Positions 50,286 to 60,327 are shown, counted from the first letter of the stretch. The stretch is DNA of 64,000 nucleotides from an uncultured Gammaproteobacteria bacterium (GCA_964344415.1 CAYFMS010000002.1:64142-128141), one strand, 5' to 3'. Notes: generated from the letters alone by a model not told the origin. Numbers and translations are program-made.

Positions 50286-51659
50286 ATGCCCGAAATTTCA
50301 ATGGAAAAAATCATGCGACTTTCTAAAGAACGGGGATTCATTTTCCCCGGTTCTGATATTTATGGAGGTCTTGCAAATTCATGGGATTATGGCCCGCTTG
50401 GGTCGCAAATGCGCATGAATGTAAAGAAAGATTGGTGGAAAAAAGTCGTTGAACAGCGGCGCGACATGTATGGACTCGACGGTGCGATCATGATGAATCC
50501 ACGCGTATGGGAAGCATCGGGGCATACATCATCATTTACTGATCCACTTGTCGAGGACAAGGTAACGCATAAGCGTTATCGTGCTGATCATCTCATCGAA
50601 GCAGCACTCCCAGATGTAAATGCTGATGGACTTTCTGTTGCTGAGCTCGATCGTTTGATTACAGAAAACAACATTAAAAGTCCAGATGGAAATGAATTGA
50701 CACCGGTCAAGACATTCAACTTAATGTTTGAAACAGGAATTGGAAAAACCGAGGGTGAAAAAGAGGCTGTGTATTTACGGCCTGAAACAGCGCAGGCCAT
50801 TTTTGTAAACTTCCAAAATGTGTTGAATGCGTCACGTGCACGGCTTCCATTTGGGGTTGCTCAGATTGGAAAGGCATTCCGCAATGAAATCACGCCGGGA
50901 AACTTCACATATCGCACGCTTGAATTCGAACAAATGGAAATTGAATATTTCTGTGAGGAATCAGAGTGGGAACAACATTTTGATGCATGGCAGAAATGGA
51001 TGGCTGATTGGGGTGAGAGCATTGGAATTGATGCTTCAAAACTGCATCCGGAAGACATTGATCCAGAAAAATTGGCGCATTATTCAAAACGCACCGTTGA
51101 CTTTGAATTTGAATATCCATTTGGAAAAAAGGAATTATGGGGTCTTGCATATCGTACGGATCATGATTTGAAAAATCATATGGAGGCGAGCGGAAAATCG
51201 CTTGAATATACAGATCCAAATGACAATGCTCGCAAAATCATTCCACATGTCATTGAACCATCGATGGGAGTTGATCGAACAATTCTTGCAATCATGCTCA
51301 GTGCATATGATGAGGAAGAAGTCGATGGCGATACTCGGGTTGTGATGCGATTTAAGCCTCATATTGCTCCATATCAAGTAGCGGTGCTTCCACTTTCAAA
51401 AAAGCCGGAATTGCAAAAGATCGCTCAGAAATTGAGTGATGATCTGTCTTCGGTGGCGAGAGTGACATATGATGAGACGCAATCCATCGGTAGGCGCTAT
51501 CGTCGTCAGGATGAAATTGGAACACCGTATTGTGTGACAATTGATTTTGACACCATCGATGACCAAGCGGTGACTATTCGTGACCGAGACACGATGCAGC
51601 AAGACCGCGTCAAAATCGATGAATTATCAGCGTATCTTGCACAGAAGTTATCAGGTTAG
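50286..51659 (+). CDS. glyQS: glycine--tRNA ligase (alpha2 dimeric GlyQS type)
   Basis: 'RGFIFPGSDIYGGLANSWDYGPLGSQMRMNVKKDWWKKVV' and class II motifs; 457 aa. Confidence 0.9.
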   Translation: MPEISMEKIMRLSKERGFIFPGSDIYGGLANSWDYGPLGSQMRMNVKKDWWKKVVEQRRDMYGLDGAIMMNPRVWEASGHTSSFTDPLVEDKVTHKRYRADHLIEAALPDVNADGLSVAELDRLITENNIKSPDGNELTPVKTFNLMFETGIGKTEGEKEAVYLRPETAQAIFVNFQNVLNASRARLPFGVAQIGKAFRNEITPGNFTYRTLEFEQMEIEYFCEESEWEQHFDAWQKWMADWGESIGIDASKLHPEDIDPEKLAHYSKRTVDFEFEYPFGKKELWGLAYRTDHDLKNHMEASGKSLEYTDPNDNARKIIPHVIEPSMGVDRTILAIMLSAYDEEEVDGDTRVVMRFKPHIAPYQVAVLPLSKKPELQKIAQKLSDDLSSVARVTYDETQSIGRRYRRQDEIGTPYCVTIDFDTIDDQAVTIRDRDTMQQDRVKIDELSAYLAQKLSG

Positions 51660-51903
51660 GACGGTATAAGTTTCATCTCTAATACTTATGGATCCCCTGC
51701 CTACCGGCAGGCAGGGATCCATCGCTGTCGTATTACGATGGATTCCGGCTCGGAGGCCGGAATGACGCGAAGCTCCTAAATCTCCTCGATCTCTTTTATC
51801 TCCTTCGCACCTAAATCCGTATATCTGTATTATCAGTACATCCGTAACGGTAACCCACTTACTATTTTCTACTAACTACTGACTGTTTATTATCGATTCA
51901 TGT
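51660..51903. repeat. mosaic intergenic repeat (hairpin 'ggatcccctgcctaccggcaggcagggatcc', modules E, D and G)
   Basis: 'cctaaatctcctcgatctcttttatctccttcgcacctaaatccgta' matches 60409-60450. Confidence 0.7.
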
Positions 51904-53181
51904 ATGAAAGTAATGAAATTAAATAACGGCATGCGTGTCCATGTAATCTCCATGCCATCAACATCAGCAATTACGGTACTCGTTCACACAAAGGTCGGTT
52001 CTCGTTATGAACCGAATCATCTATGGGGAGCCTCGCATTTTATTGAGCATCTCATGTTCAAGGGAACGGATCGGCGCCCTTCTACTGTTGATATTTCGCG
52101 TGAACTCGATCAATACGGAGCTCAATTCAATGCCTACACAGGCAAGGATAAGACGGGTTATTATGTAAAAATCGATTCAAAACATGCTGCGCTTGCGGTT
52201 GATTTGCTGCATGACATGATTTTCCATTCTAAGTATGATCCGGTGGAAATCGACAAAGAACGTCGTGTCATTATCGAAGAAATCAAAATGTATGAGGAAA
52301 ATCCAATCATGCATATTCATGATTTAATCGAGGAAGCAATGTTTGATGGCAGTACGCTTGGGAAAAATATTGCAGGAGATGCTGCGTCGATGCTGGCCAT
52401 GAAGCGAGAGGATATTATCGATTTTCGGGATAGAAATTACAATCCAAATCGCATGATTGTGACCCTCGCTGGGAATATTCCAGACAATATTATGGATGTT
52501 CTAGAATCTACATTTGGGACAGTGCCGCAGCGTGACGATGGATCGGACGGGTATTCAGATTTTTCACCCTCGGTCATTGCGAATGCTCCGAACATTTCTT
52601 ATCAACAAAAACCGCTCGAGCAGGTTCAACTTTCTATTGGATTTTATGCACCGGGGCGTCAGGATAAAGACATCTATGCGTCCAAGGTATTATCAACAAT
52701 TCTGGGCGGAACAATGAGTTCTCGATTGTTTATTGAAGTCCGTGAAAGGAGAGGGCTTTGCTATTCGGTTCGGTCCTCTGCAGATGGATATGACGATATC
52801 GGTGGATTTTTGATTAATGCGGGGCTTGATGCAGGTCGACTCGATGAAGCGGCTGAGGCAATCTTTAATGAGGTGCAAAAGGCAAAAAGTGGTGATATCA
52901 AACAAAAAGAGCTCGATTATGTGAAAGACAATATCGAGGGATCATTAAAACTCAGATTGGAAAATTCAACACAAATGGCTGAATTCGTCGGAAAACAAGA
53001 ATTGTGGTTCGATGAAGTTGAATCTCCTGAACAGGTGATCGACCATTATCGCTCCGTAACTCTTGAAGATGTACATAAGGCAGCTGAGCGCATATTCGAT
53101 ATGAATAATGTGTCTATCGCAGCCATTGGCCCTTATGCAAACGAAAATGATTTGATTGAGCATTTCAAGATGGTAAAGTAG
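51904..53181 (+). CDS. M16-family zinc metallopeptidase (insulinase-like)
   Basis: Inverted zincin motif 'HFIEHLMFKGT' (HxxEH); 425 aa. Confidence 0.85.
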   Translation: MKVMKLNNGMRVHVISMPSTSAITVLVHTKVGSRYEPNHLWGASHFIEHLMFKGTDRRPSTVDISRELDQYGAQFNAYTGKDKTGYYVKIDSKHAALAVDLLHDMIFHSKYDPVEIDKERRVIIEEIKMYEENPIMHIHDLIEEAMFDGSTLGKNIAGDAASMLAMKREDIIDFRDRNYNPNRMIVTLAGNIPDNIMDVLESTFGTVPQRDDGSDGYSDFSPSVIANAPNISYQQKPLEQVQLSIGFYAPGRQDKDIYASKVLSTILGGTMSSRLFIEVRERRGLCYSVRSSADGYDDIGGFLINAGLDAGRLDEAAEAIFNEVQKAKSGDIKQKELDYVKDNIEGSLKLRLENSTQMAEFVGKQELWFDEVESPEQVIDHYRSVTLEDVHKAAERIFDMNNVSIAAIGPYANENDLIEHFKMVK

Positions 53182-53186
53182 AGAGT

Positions 53187-53963
53187 ATGAAATACATTAT
53201 CGCTAATTGGAAAATGAATTTGGGTGTGCGTGAAAGTGTTGCGCTTGCACGGGGGATTTTGCGGTATATGCGTGGAAAAGATTCTCTTCCTGATCTTATT
53301 CTATGTCCATCATTTACGGCGCTTAGTGAGGTGTATAAGGCAACGGCTCGCAGTCGCAGTCAATTATGCGCGCAAAATTGTGGTCCTGAATATCGCAATG
53401 GAGCATATACAGGCGAAATTTCGCCATCACAGCTTGAAGATGTTCATGCGTCTTATGTGCTTATTGGCCATTCAGAACGCCGGCAGTTTTTTGGCGAAGA
53501 AGACGATATTATTGTGCAACGATACTGCGCAGCCAATGATTCAAAGCTCATTCCTATTCTTTGTGTAGGGGAAACAAAAGAGGAGCATGGAGATGGAAAG
53601 GCGCAAAATGTAGTCATCGATCAAGTAGCAGCGGTATTAAAGCATGTTGATATTTCTTCAAATAAACCCGTATTTATTGCCTATGAGCCTGTTTGGGCGA
53701 TTGGTAGTGGGTCATTGCCTGCTGCAAGTGAAATTGTCGCGATGCATCAATTGATTCGGCAAAAAGTTGCCATACTTCTTGATAGGGGCGAGGACACAGT
53801 CAAAGTTTTATACGGAGGATCTGTTACAGATGAAAATGCATATACACTTCTTCGAGAGCGTGAAATTGATGGTTTACTGATTGGCGGAGCGAGCCTTCGA
53901 TTACAGTCATTTACCGGCATTATTGATGCAGCTCAAGAAGTGATTACAGCACAGGAAAAATAA
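53187..53963 (+). CDS. tpiA: triosephosphate isomerase
   Basis: 'IIANWKMN', 'GHSERR', 'AYEPVWAIGSG'. Confidence 0.9.
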   Translation: MKYIIANWKMNLGVRESVALARGILRYMRGKDSLPDLILCPSFTALSEVYKATARSRSQLCAQNCGPEYRNGAYTGEISPSQLEDVHASYVLIGHSERRQFFGEEDDIIVQRYCAANDSKLIPILCVGETKEEHGDGKAQNVVIDQVAAVLKHVDISSNKPVFIAYEPVWAIGSGSLPAASEIVAMHQLIRQKVAILLDRGEDTVKVLYGGSVTDENAYTLLREREIDGLLIGGASLRLQSFTGIIDAAQEVITAQEK

Positions 53964-53964
53964 T

Positions 53965-54771
53965 ATGTTTTTTACGATTTTGTTGATTATTCTGACAATA
54001 GGAGGTCTTGCAGCAATTATTTGGCTCGTGTGGAAAAAGTTACCGCAGCTGAGAGTGGTGAATCCAGACACATCTCGTGAATCGCGCGCGCGGCGCAAGA
54101 AAAATGAAATACTGCGTAATCGCATTGAAAGAACGGGCGGAAAAGTTGCGCGTTCAATCAATACTCGCGCAGTGAATCCGACGCTGAAATCCATGCAAAA
54201 CATTATCCGAACCGTTGCAGGGAAATTAACAGCCGTCGAGAGATCATATAAAGAAAAGCAAAAAATCGCTGGGCGCAGCATGACAGATCCATCCGTGATT
54301 CAAGAATTTATCGATGAAGCGGAATTGTATTTAAAGAATGAAGAGTTTGAACGCGCAGAGAAGAAACTGATCGATATTATTGGTCTTGATCAAAAAAATG
54401 CGCATGCATATGAATTGCTCGGGCGTCTGTATTTGCAGCGGCGGGACATTCAATTAGCTGAGGAAACATTCAGATTTTTAACAAAGCTTGCGAAAAATGA
54501 TGCGAGTGCACATGCTTATCTTGGCGAGGTTTTGAGTGATCAAGGTAAGGATACTGAAGCATATACGTATTTCGAACGGGCGATGAAATTAAGTCCAAAA
54601 AATCCGAAATATCTAGATTTTTATATTGATTCTGCCATTCGGCAAATGAAAAAACATGAGGCAATTGTTGCACTCGAACGTTTGCGGCAGGTGAATCCAG
54701 ACAATAAAAAGATTGAGGGGTTTGAGAAAGAGATTGAAGCGTTGCCAAGCTACAAAAAGCACAAAAAATAA
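53965..54771 (+). CDS. TPR-repeat protein with an N-terminal TM anchor
   Basis: TM helix followed by TPR-like repeats ('AHAYELLGRLYLQRRDIQLAEETF'). Confidence 0.6.
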   Translation: MFFTILLIILTIGGLAAIIWLVWKKLPQLRVVNPDTSRESRARRKKNEILRNRIERTGGKVARSINTRAVNPTLKSMQNIIRTVAGKLTAVERSYKEKQKIAGRSMTDPSVIQEFIDEAELYLKNEEFERAEKKLIDIIGLDQKNAHAYELLGRLYLQRRDIQLAEETFRFLTKLAKNDASAHAYLGEVLSDQGKDTEAYTYFERAMKLSPKNPKYLDFYIDSAIRQMKKHEAIVALERLRQVNPDNKKIEGFEKEIEALPSYKKHKK

Positions 54772-54773
54772 TA

Positions 54774-55060
54774 GTCGCTTGTCTGCTGGCGCACTTTGAA
54801 CTCCAATCATCGAATCTATCCTCATCGTACGTTTCAGTACGCCTGCGGTAGATTCTCGATTGTCATCCAAATTGCATCCAGCATCCTTCGCGACCTCGAC
54901 ACTGTGCCTTTCAGTTCGGCTTACTCCGGTTCCAAGTTAAGGTTGAACCTTGACTGCGACTCGGAATAGGTTCAACCTTTCTATGCTCACTGCGCGACCG
55001 AGGTTCATCCAATATCCTGCGCGACTTATCGACTACTACTCACTACTATATAAAGTGCAC
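54774..55060. repeat. composite intergenic element A4 (two degenerate TIR units plus module B and a 'aaggttgaacctt...aggttcaacctt' palindrome pair)
   Basis: Starts 2 nt after the TAA stop with 'tagtcgcttgt'. Contains 'cgtacgtttcagtacg' and 'tgcctttcagttcggcttactccgg'. Ends with 'ctcactgcgcgac'. Confidence 0.75.
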
Positions 55061-55339
55061 TCGCGAATCTGCCGCCACCTGCGAGACTGTCACACTGCAT
55101 GCGGCAGGAGCGAGGAATTGCAAAACAGCCGATAGGAATGAACAGATCAATGTATTAAGAAAAATAAAGACATTCCTACTCTCTGTTTTGCCCGAGCGAT
55201 GACGCTTTATGCATGTGACAAAGCGAGCACTGGCGGCGTTCTTTTGCTTACTTTTCTTTAAAGAAAAGTAAGAAGAAAACAAGAGATCCCTCCCGCCTTC
55301 GCTCGGAATGACGCTTGGCGATGGATACCGTGTCAAAAT

Positions 55340-55372
55340 AAAAAACCGCCGTATTAACGGCGGAACGATCGA
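55340..55372 (-). terminator. rho-independent terminator for the 55391..55897 gene
   Basis: On the minus strand: CCGCCG-ttaata-CGGCGG followed by T8. Confidence 0.6.
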
Positions 55373-55390
55373 CCATGCCGAAGTGACTTC

Positions 55391-55897
55391 TCAATGAACC
55401 GTATGCTGATCAGGAAAGTAGATGCATTCCTTGGGCACGGCGATGATGAAGTGGTCTAGGACATCGATAAAAAGAACATGGAATTCTCGAGAGTGCTCTC
55501 GATTGCCCAAATCGACAATCATTCGATTTGTCAGTGTCCAGTCTTCATAGTTTGCGGGCCTTTCCTCGTGGCAGTAGTCATCATGGATCTCTTTATAGGT
55601 ATGTGGATCAATGATGATATGCTTTACATCCGAATTGCTTCTGCTGATGAAAAACAGCGGCAGGTCGAGGCGGTGGTGAAGCCATTCATGTTCGAACATG
55701 TCGTTCTCGACAAGGAACTCGTCCATCACTGCTGCGAGCTGCTTCTGAGACCAGATGTCGCCCTCACCCAATTCATCAAGGAAAAGTTCAGGAAATCCCT
55801 TCTGCAATCCGCGGACAATGTACGGATCTGTTCCAAGTACGATGATGGTCTGGAGCGGCGACGGCTTCGATTGTAACTCCTTCCAATTGATATGCAT
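55391..55897 (-). CDS. hypothetical protein (168 aa)
   Basis: RBS GGAGGTG 5 nt before the ATG 'MHINWKEL'; own terminator; divergent from nrdA. Confidence 0.5.
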   Translation of the reverse strand: MHINWKELQSKPSPLQTIIVLGTDPYIVRGLQKGFPELFLDELGEGDIWSQKQLAAVMDEFLVENDMFEHEWLHHRLDLPLFFISRSNSDVKHIIIDPHTYKEIHDDYCHEERPANYEDWTLTNRMIVDLGNREHSREFHVLFIDVLDHFIIAVPKECIYFPDQHTVH

Positions 55898-55992
55898 ACG
55901 CACACCTCCTTTCAAGTGGACATACAAGGGTAGCATGGCAGATTCCAAGCGTCAATCATTTTATAAATAAATACACAAAAAATACCACAACC

Positions 55993-56038
55993 ACAATATA
56001 TAGTGTTATCAACAGTTTAACCCCACAATATATTGGGT
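55993..56038 (+). promoter_or_regulatory. tandem NrdR boxes (ACAATATATAGTGT and ACAATATATTGGGT), centres about 32 bp apart; box 2 overlaps the -35
   Basis: Near-palindromic 14-mers matching the NrdR operator consensus acaCwAtATaTwGtgt, upstream of nrdAB. Confidence 0.6.
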
Positions 56039-56056
56039 CATTCAAAAAATATTTAC

Positions 56057-56062
56057 TATAAT
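56057..56062 (+). promoter_or_regulatory. -10 TATAAT of the nrdAB promoter (putative -35 TTGGGT, 18-nt spacing)
   Basis: Followed by a leader of about 130 nt before the nrdA ATG. Confidence 0.4.
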
Positions 56063-56193
56063 GTTCATCGAGCCTGAGACATAATTTTCGCAGACGGTTC
56101 GTCGCCTCTGCTGGTGAACTCGCAGGTGATTAGCATCCCCCGCTAAGCATAAATGGATCCCATTTTGCCGAGCGGTTTTAATTTTCTATTTTT

Positions 56194-58929
56194 ATGAGTA
56201 ATCCTACGATGAATTCCATTTTTGTGACCAATAGACATGGTCAGCGTGTTCCATTTGATCCGGCTCGTATTCGCAAGGCGCTTGAAGCGGCAGCGCGTGG
56301 TTATGAAGGGTATATTAGCCTCGACACAATCATGGAAGATTTTGACATCAATATCTATGATGGGATGTCGACAACGCAGATCAACAAAACGCTTACAATG
56401 GTGCTTGCGTCACGAATCGAACAGGTGCCTGAATATGGAAATATTGCAGCGCGCGTTATCTTGAATGATTTATCAAAAGATATCTTTGAGCGCATTAGTA
56501 GTGACCCGGATTATGAACAGCGTTATCGGGATGCATTCCGGAAGCAGCTATACCGCGCGGTAGAAGAAGAAAGACTCGACCCGCGACTTCTCATGTTTGA
56601 CATCGACCGTTTGTCGCAAGCGCTAAAACCGGAACGCGATAGTTATCTGACATATTTGAGTGTTTCAACATTGAAGGGACGGTATTTGTTGCATACGGCT
56701 GAAAAGGAAATTTTAGAGCTTCCACAATATTTTTGGATGCGTGTTGCCATGGGACTCTCTCTTGATGAGAAAGATCGGAATGAAAAAGCGATTGAGTTTT
56801 ATAATCTCATTTCAGAGCTTCGCTATGTGCCGTCTACTCCAACACTCTTACATTCTGGGACAACGCATCCGCAAATGAGCTCTTGCTACATTATGACAGT
56901 GAGTGACCGCTTGAATAATATTTTCAAGACCTTTGCTGATCAGGCTCAATTGTCAAAATGGTCTGGAGGTGTTGGTAGTGACTGGTCAAGCATTCGAGCG
57001 ACCGGCGCGCATATTCACACCATTAATACGCATAGTCAGGGCGTTATTCCATTCCTTAAGATTGTTGATTCCACAACGGCGGCAATTAATCGTAGTGGAA
57101 AGCGGCGTGGCGCAACATGCGTTTACCTTGAAGCTTGGCATCATGACATCGAAGATTTCTTAGAGCTGCGAAAGAATACGGGTGATGAACGTCGACGTAC
57201 GCATGACATCAGCACAGCGAACTGGATTCCTGACCTTTTCATGAAGCGTGTCATTGCGAATCAAGAATGGACATTATTCTCTCCAGATGAAGCGCCTGAT
57301 TTGCATGAATTGTACGGGCAAGAATTTGAAAAGCGATACGAGGAATATGAACAGAAGGCAGATCGCGGTGAAATCCGATTGTTCAAGCGCATGCCCGCAA
57401 TGGATTTATGGCGCAAAATGCTCACCATGATTTTCTCAACGGGGCATCCTTGGATCACATTCAAAGATCCTTGCAATGTGCGATCGCCTCAGGATCATGT
57501 TGGCGTTGTACGTAGTTCAAATCTCTGCACGGAAATCACATTGAATACTTCAGAAGATGAAACAGCGGTTTGTAATCTTGGTTCTGTAAATCTTTCTCGC
57601 CATGTCGTGAATGGGAAGGTTGATCGCGATATGCTGCGTCAAACGGTGCTCATTGCTATGCGAGCTCTCGATAATGTGATTGATTTGAATTTCTACCCAA
57701 CGGCGGAAGCGAAAAATTCGAATATGCGTCATCGTCCAGTCGGACTTGGAATCATGGGTGTTCAGGATGCGCTGATTAAGCTCGGTATGCACTTTGATAG
57801 CGATGTTGCTGTTCAATTCTCTGATGAGCTGCAGGAATACATTTCTTATTATGCAATTATGGGTTCATCTATGCTTGCACGTGAAAAGGGGACATATTCT
57901 AGCTATCGAGGTTCAAAGTGGGATCGGGGCATTTTCCCAGTAGACACACTTACGCTTCTTGAGCAGGAGCGAGGTGAGGAAATTCAGGTTCCAAAAACGC
58001 AGTCTCTCGATTGGTCTGAAGTTCGTGATCATGTGAAGCGTTATGGAATACGAAACTCGAATACGATGGCGATTGCTCCAACGGCGACGATTGCAAATAT
58101 TTCGGGTTGCTTCCCAACGACAGAACCGATGTACAAGAATATGTATGTAAAGTCGAATCAGGCCGGGGAGTACACGATTATCAATACCTATCTTGTCGAT
58201 GATTTACGAGCGGTGAATAAGTGGAATATCGACATTATCAATAAAATCAAAATTAATGACGGAAATGTTCAGGGTATAGCGGATATTCCGGAAGAAATTC
58301 AGCAAAAATATAAAGGAGTATTCGAAATTGATCCAATATGGGTGATTCGTCACGCTTCGCGCCGTGGAAAATGGATTGATCAGAGTCAGTCAATTAACTT
58401 GTTCTCGACGAGTACTTCAGGAAAATTTTTCAGCGAGATGTACATTAATGCATGGAAACATGGATTGAAGACGACATACTATCTGCGAACGCTTGCTGCA
58501 TCACAGGTTGATCGCGCAACAGTTGATACAACAAGTGAAGGACAGAAATCAGATGCTACTTCGCAGCAGGCTGCTCAGCAGGTCCAACCGGAAACGATTC
58601 CAGTGACACTTCCAAATGTCCAAGTCCCTGAGCCGGTTCCTGCGAGTGCCATTCCTGCCGCATCGAGTCCTGCTCCGACAGTGGCGCAGCCAACTCCCGC
58701 CGCTCCACCGGTTGCTCCTCCAGTAGCTCCGCCTTCATTTGCTGCAGCGCCTCCACTTGCAGCGCAAGCAATGCATACCGCTCCTACATCTTCATCGAGT
58801 CCAATGTCGGTGACAATGCAGGGGGCGGGTCCAGGTGCAATGCATGTCGATGAAAAGGTTGAGGTGGAAGCGGTGAGTGTGCCGAAGTTGTGCAAGATTG
58901 AAGACCCAACCTGCGAAAGCTGTCAGTAG
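56194..58929 (+). CDS. nrdA: ribonucleoside-diphosphate reductase class Ia alpha subunit, with an unusual Pro/Ala-rich C-terminal extension
   Basis: N-terminal ATP-cone, catalytic 'SSNLCTEITL'. A tail of about 110 aa ('PVPASAIPAASSPAPTVAQPTPAAPPVAPPVAPPSFAAAPPLAAQ') ends in 'CKIEDPTCESCQ'. Confidence 0.9.
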   Translation: MSNPTMNSIFVTNRHGQRVPFDPARIRKALEAAARGYEGYISLDTIMEDFDINIYDGMSTTQINKTLTMVLASRIEQVPEYGNIAARVILNDLSKDIFERISSDPDYEQRYRDAFRKQLYRAVEEERLDPRLLMFDIDRLSQALKPERDSYLTYLSVSTLKGRYLLHTAEKEILELPQYFWMRVAMGLSLDEKDRNEKAIEFYNLISELRYVPSTPTLLHSGTTHPQMSSCYIMTVSDRLNNIFKTFADQAQLSKWSGGVGSDWSSIRATGAHIHTINTHSQGVIPFLKIVDSTTAAINRSGKRRGATCVYLEAWHHDIEDFLELRKNTGDERRRTHDISTANWIPDLFMKRVIANQEWTLFSPDEAPDLHELYGQEFEKRYEEYEQKADRGEIRLFKRMPAMDLWRKMLTMIFSTGHPWITFKDPCNVRSPQDHVGVVRSSNLCTEITLNTSEDETAVCNLGSVNLSRHVVNGKVDRDMLRQTVLIAMRALDNVIDLNFYPTAEAKNSNMRHRPVGLGIMGVQDALIKLGMHFDSDVAVQFSDELQEYISYYAIMGSSMLAREKGTYSSYRGSKWDRGIFPVDTLTLLEQERGEEIQVPKTQSLDWSEVRDHVKRYGIRNSNTMAIAPTATIANISGCFPTTEPMYKNMYVKSNQAGEYTIINTYLVDDLRAVNKWNIDIINKIKINDGNVQGIADIPEEIQQKYKGVFEIDPIWVIRHASRRGKWIDQSQSINLFSTSTSGKFFSEMYINAWKHGLKTTYYLRTLAASQVDRATVDTTSEGQKSDATSQQAAQQVQPETIPVTLPNVQVPEPVPASAIPAASSPAPTVAQPTPAAPPVAPPVAPPSFAAAPPLAAQAMHTAPTSSSSPMSVTMQGAGPGAMHVDEKVEVEAVSVPKLCKIEDPTCESCQ

Positions 58930-59047
58930 TTGCTTGTGAGTTAGCGATCTTTGTCCTCAGTTCTCTGGTCCTCGACACCGTACCTTTCAGTACGGCTTAC
59001 TCCGGTCCTCGAACTTCGAACAAATCTCATCTAACTCACTGCACAAC
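58929..59047. repeat. 119-bp TIR element, copy A2
   Basis: 'gttgcttgtgagttag ... ctaactcactgcacaac'. About 90% identical to A1 and begins 0 nt after the nrdA TAG. Confidence 0.85.
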
Positions 59048-59170
59048 TAAATCTCGTCCAAATTGCATCCAGTATCCGTTGTGAATATTCGAAATCCTGA
59101 GCCTGTCGAAGGATCTAAGTGATAAGACTACACCCTATCCCCTAAACCCTACACCCTAATAACCCATGCT
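59048..59170. repeat. mosaic modules B, C and F ('ccctatcccctaaaccctacaccctaataaccc') up to the nrdB start
   Basis: Module C 'ttcgaaatcctgagcctgtcgaaggatctaag' is shared with 60333 and, inverted, with 29455. Confidence 0.7.
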
Positions 59171-60205
59171 ATGCCAATCCAAAAAACAACAGAACGTCCA
59201 AATATCAATCAACGTCGAATTATAAACGGTGAAGATGCTGACGTGATTCAGCTTTTCCCGCTCAAGCATCACTTTGCTTGGGATGCATATCACACTGGGA
59301 ATGCGAATCACTGGCTCCCAACTGAAATCAACATGCAACAGGATGTCGAACAGTGGCGACATCCAACGCTGATTACGCCAGATGAACGACATGCATTCAA
59401 AACGGTTCTTGGATTCTTCACAACGGCTGATTCTATTGCGGCGAATAATATTGTTATTGCGATGTATCCTCACATCACATCACCGGAGGTGCGCATGTTC
59501 CTCCTTCGGCAAGGGTATGAAGAGGCGATTCACACGCAGTCATATCAGCATATTGTGCAAACGCTTGCACTTGATGAGGGTGAAATTTTTAACATGTATC
59601 GCGAGGTAGATGCGATTTACAACAAGGACGCATTCATTCTGAGTTTTAATGAGGGAATTTTTGATAAGAATTTCAAAACAGGGACGCTCGAAAGTGATCA
59701 GCTATTCCTTGAAAATATGATTATTTTCTCGCTGATCATGGAAGGTATTTTCTTCTATTCTTCTTTTGCGGTCATTCTTGGATTCCAGCGGCAGAATAAA
59801 TTGGTTGGTTCTGCTGAGCAGATTCAGTACATTATGCGAGATGAATCAGCGCATCTGAATTTCGGAATCAATTTGATCAATGCAATGAAGGAAGAAAATC
59901 CTGCGCTTTGGACGCCGGCATTCCAGCAGCGTGCAATTGATTTGGTAAAGCAAGGGGTTGAGCTTGAATACACATTTGCCGCTTCAGTATTCCCGAAAGG
60001 AATATTCGGACTAACAGCGGATGGCTTCCGTCAATACATTCAATATATCGCTGATAAGCGATTGAAGGCCATCGGTTTGCCAGCGCAGTACAATAATCAG
60101 AATCCATTCCCATGGATGAGCGAAGCGATTGACCTGCGAAAGGAAAAGAATTTCTTCGAAACGCGAGTTTTGGAATATCAAACTGGCGGAAACCTCGAGT
60201 GGTAG
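59171..60205 (+). CDS. nrdB: ribonucleoside-diphosphate reductase class Ia beta subunit
   Basis: Di-iron ligand region ('EEAIHTQSYQHI', 'DESAHLNF') and the ferritin-like R2 fold; 344 aa. Confidence 0.9.
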   Translation: MPIQKTTERPNINQRRIINGEDADVIQLFPLKHHFAWDAYHTGNANHWLPTEINMQQDVEQWRHPTLITPDERHAFKTVLGFFTTADSIAANNIVIAMYPHITSPEVRMFLLRQGYEEAIHTQSYQHIVQTLALDEGEIFNMYREVDAIYNKDAFILSFNEGIFDKNFKTGTLESDQLFLENMIIFSLIMEGIFFYSSFAVILGFQRQNKLVGSAEQIQYIMRDESAHLNFGINLINAMKEENPALWTPAFQQRAIDLVKQGVELEYTFAASVFPKGIFGLTADGFRQYIQYIADKRLKAIGLPAQYNNQNPFPWMSEAIDLRKEKNFFETRVLEYQTGGNLEW

Positions 60206-60207
60206 GG

Positions 60208-60327
60208 GTCGCTTGTGAGTTGGCGATCTTTCGCTTCAGTTTTCCGTTGCTCATTCACCGTACGTTCCAGTACGCCTCATTCCGCTACTCAAACTTCAAC
60301 GAAATATCATCCAACTCACTGCGCGAC
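60208..60327. repeat. 120-bp TIR element, copy A3 (more diverged)
   Basis: 'gtcgcttgtgagttgg ... ccaactcactgcgcgac', internal 'ccgtacgttccagtacg'; begins 2 nt after the nrdB TAG. Confidence 0.8.

Noticed and set aside
49970-60327. Integron attC sites (ends resembling GTTAGCG / CTAAC)
   Set aside because: The R'/R'' cores do not fit GTTRRRY/RYYYAAC, no intI is present, and the elements follow housekeeping genes (frr, nrdA, nrdB) rather than promoterless cassettes.
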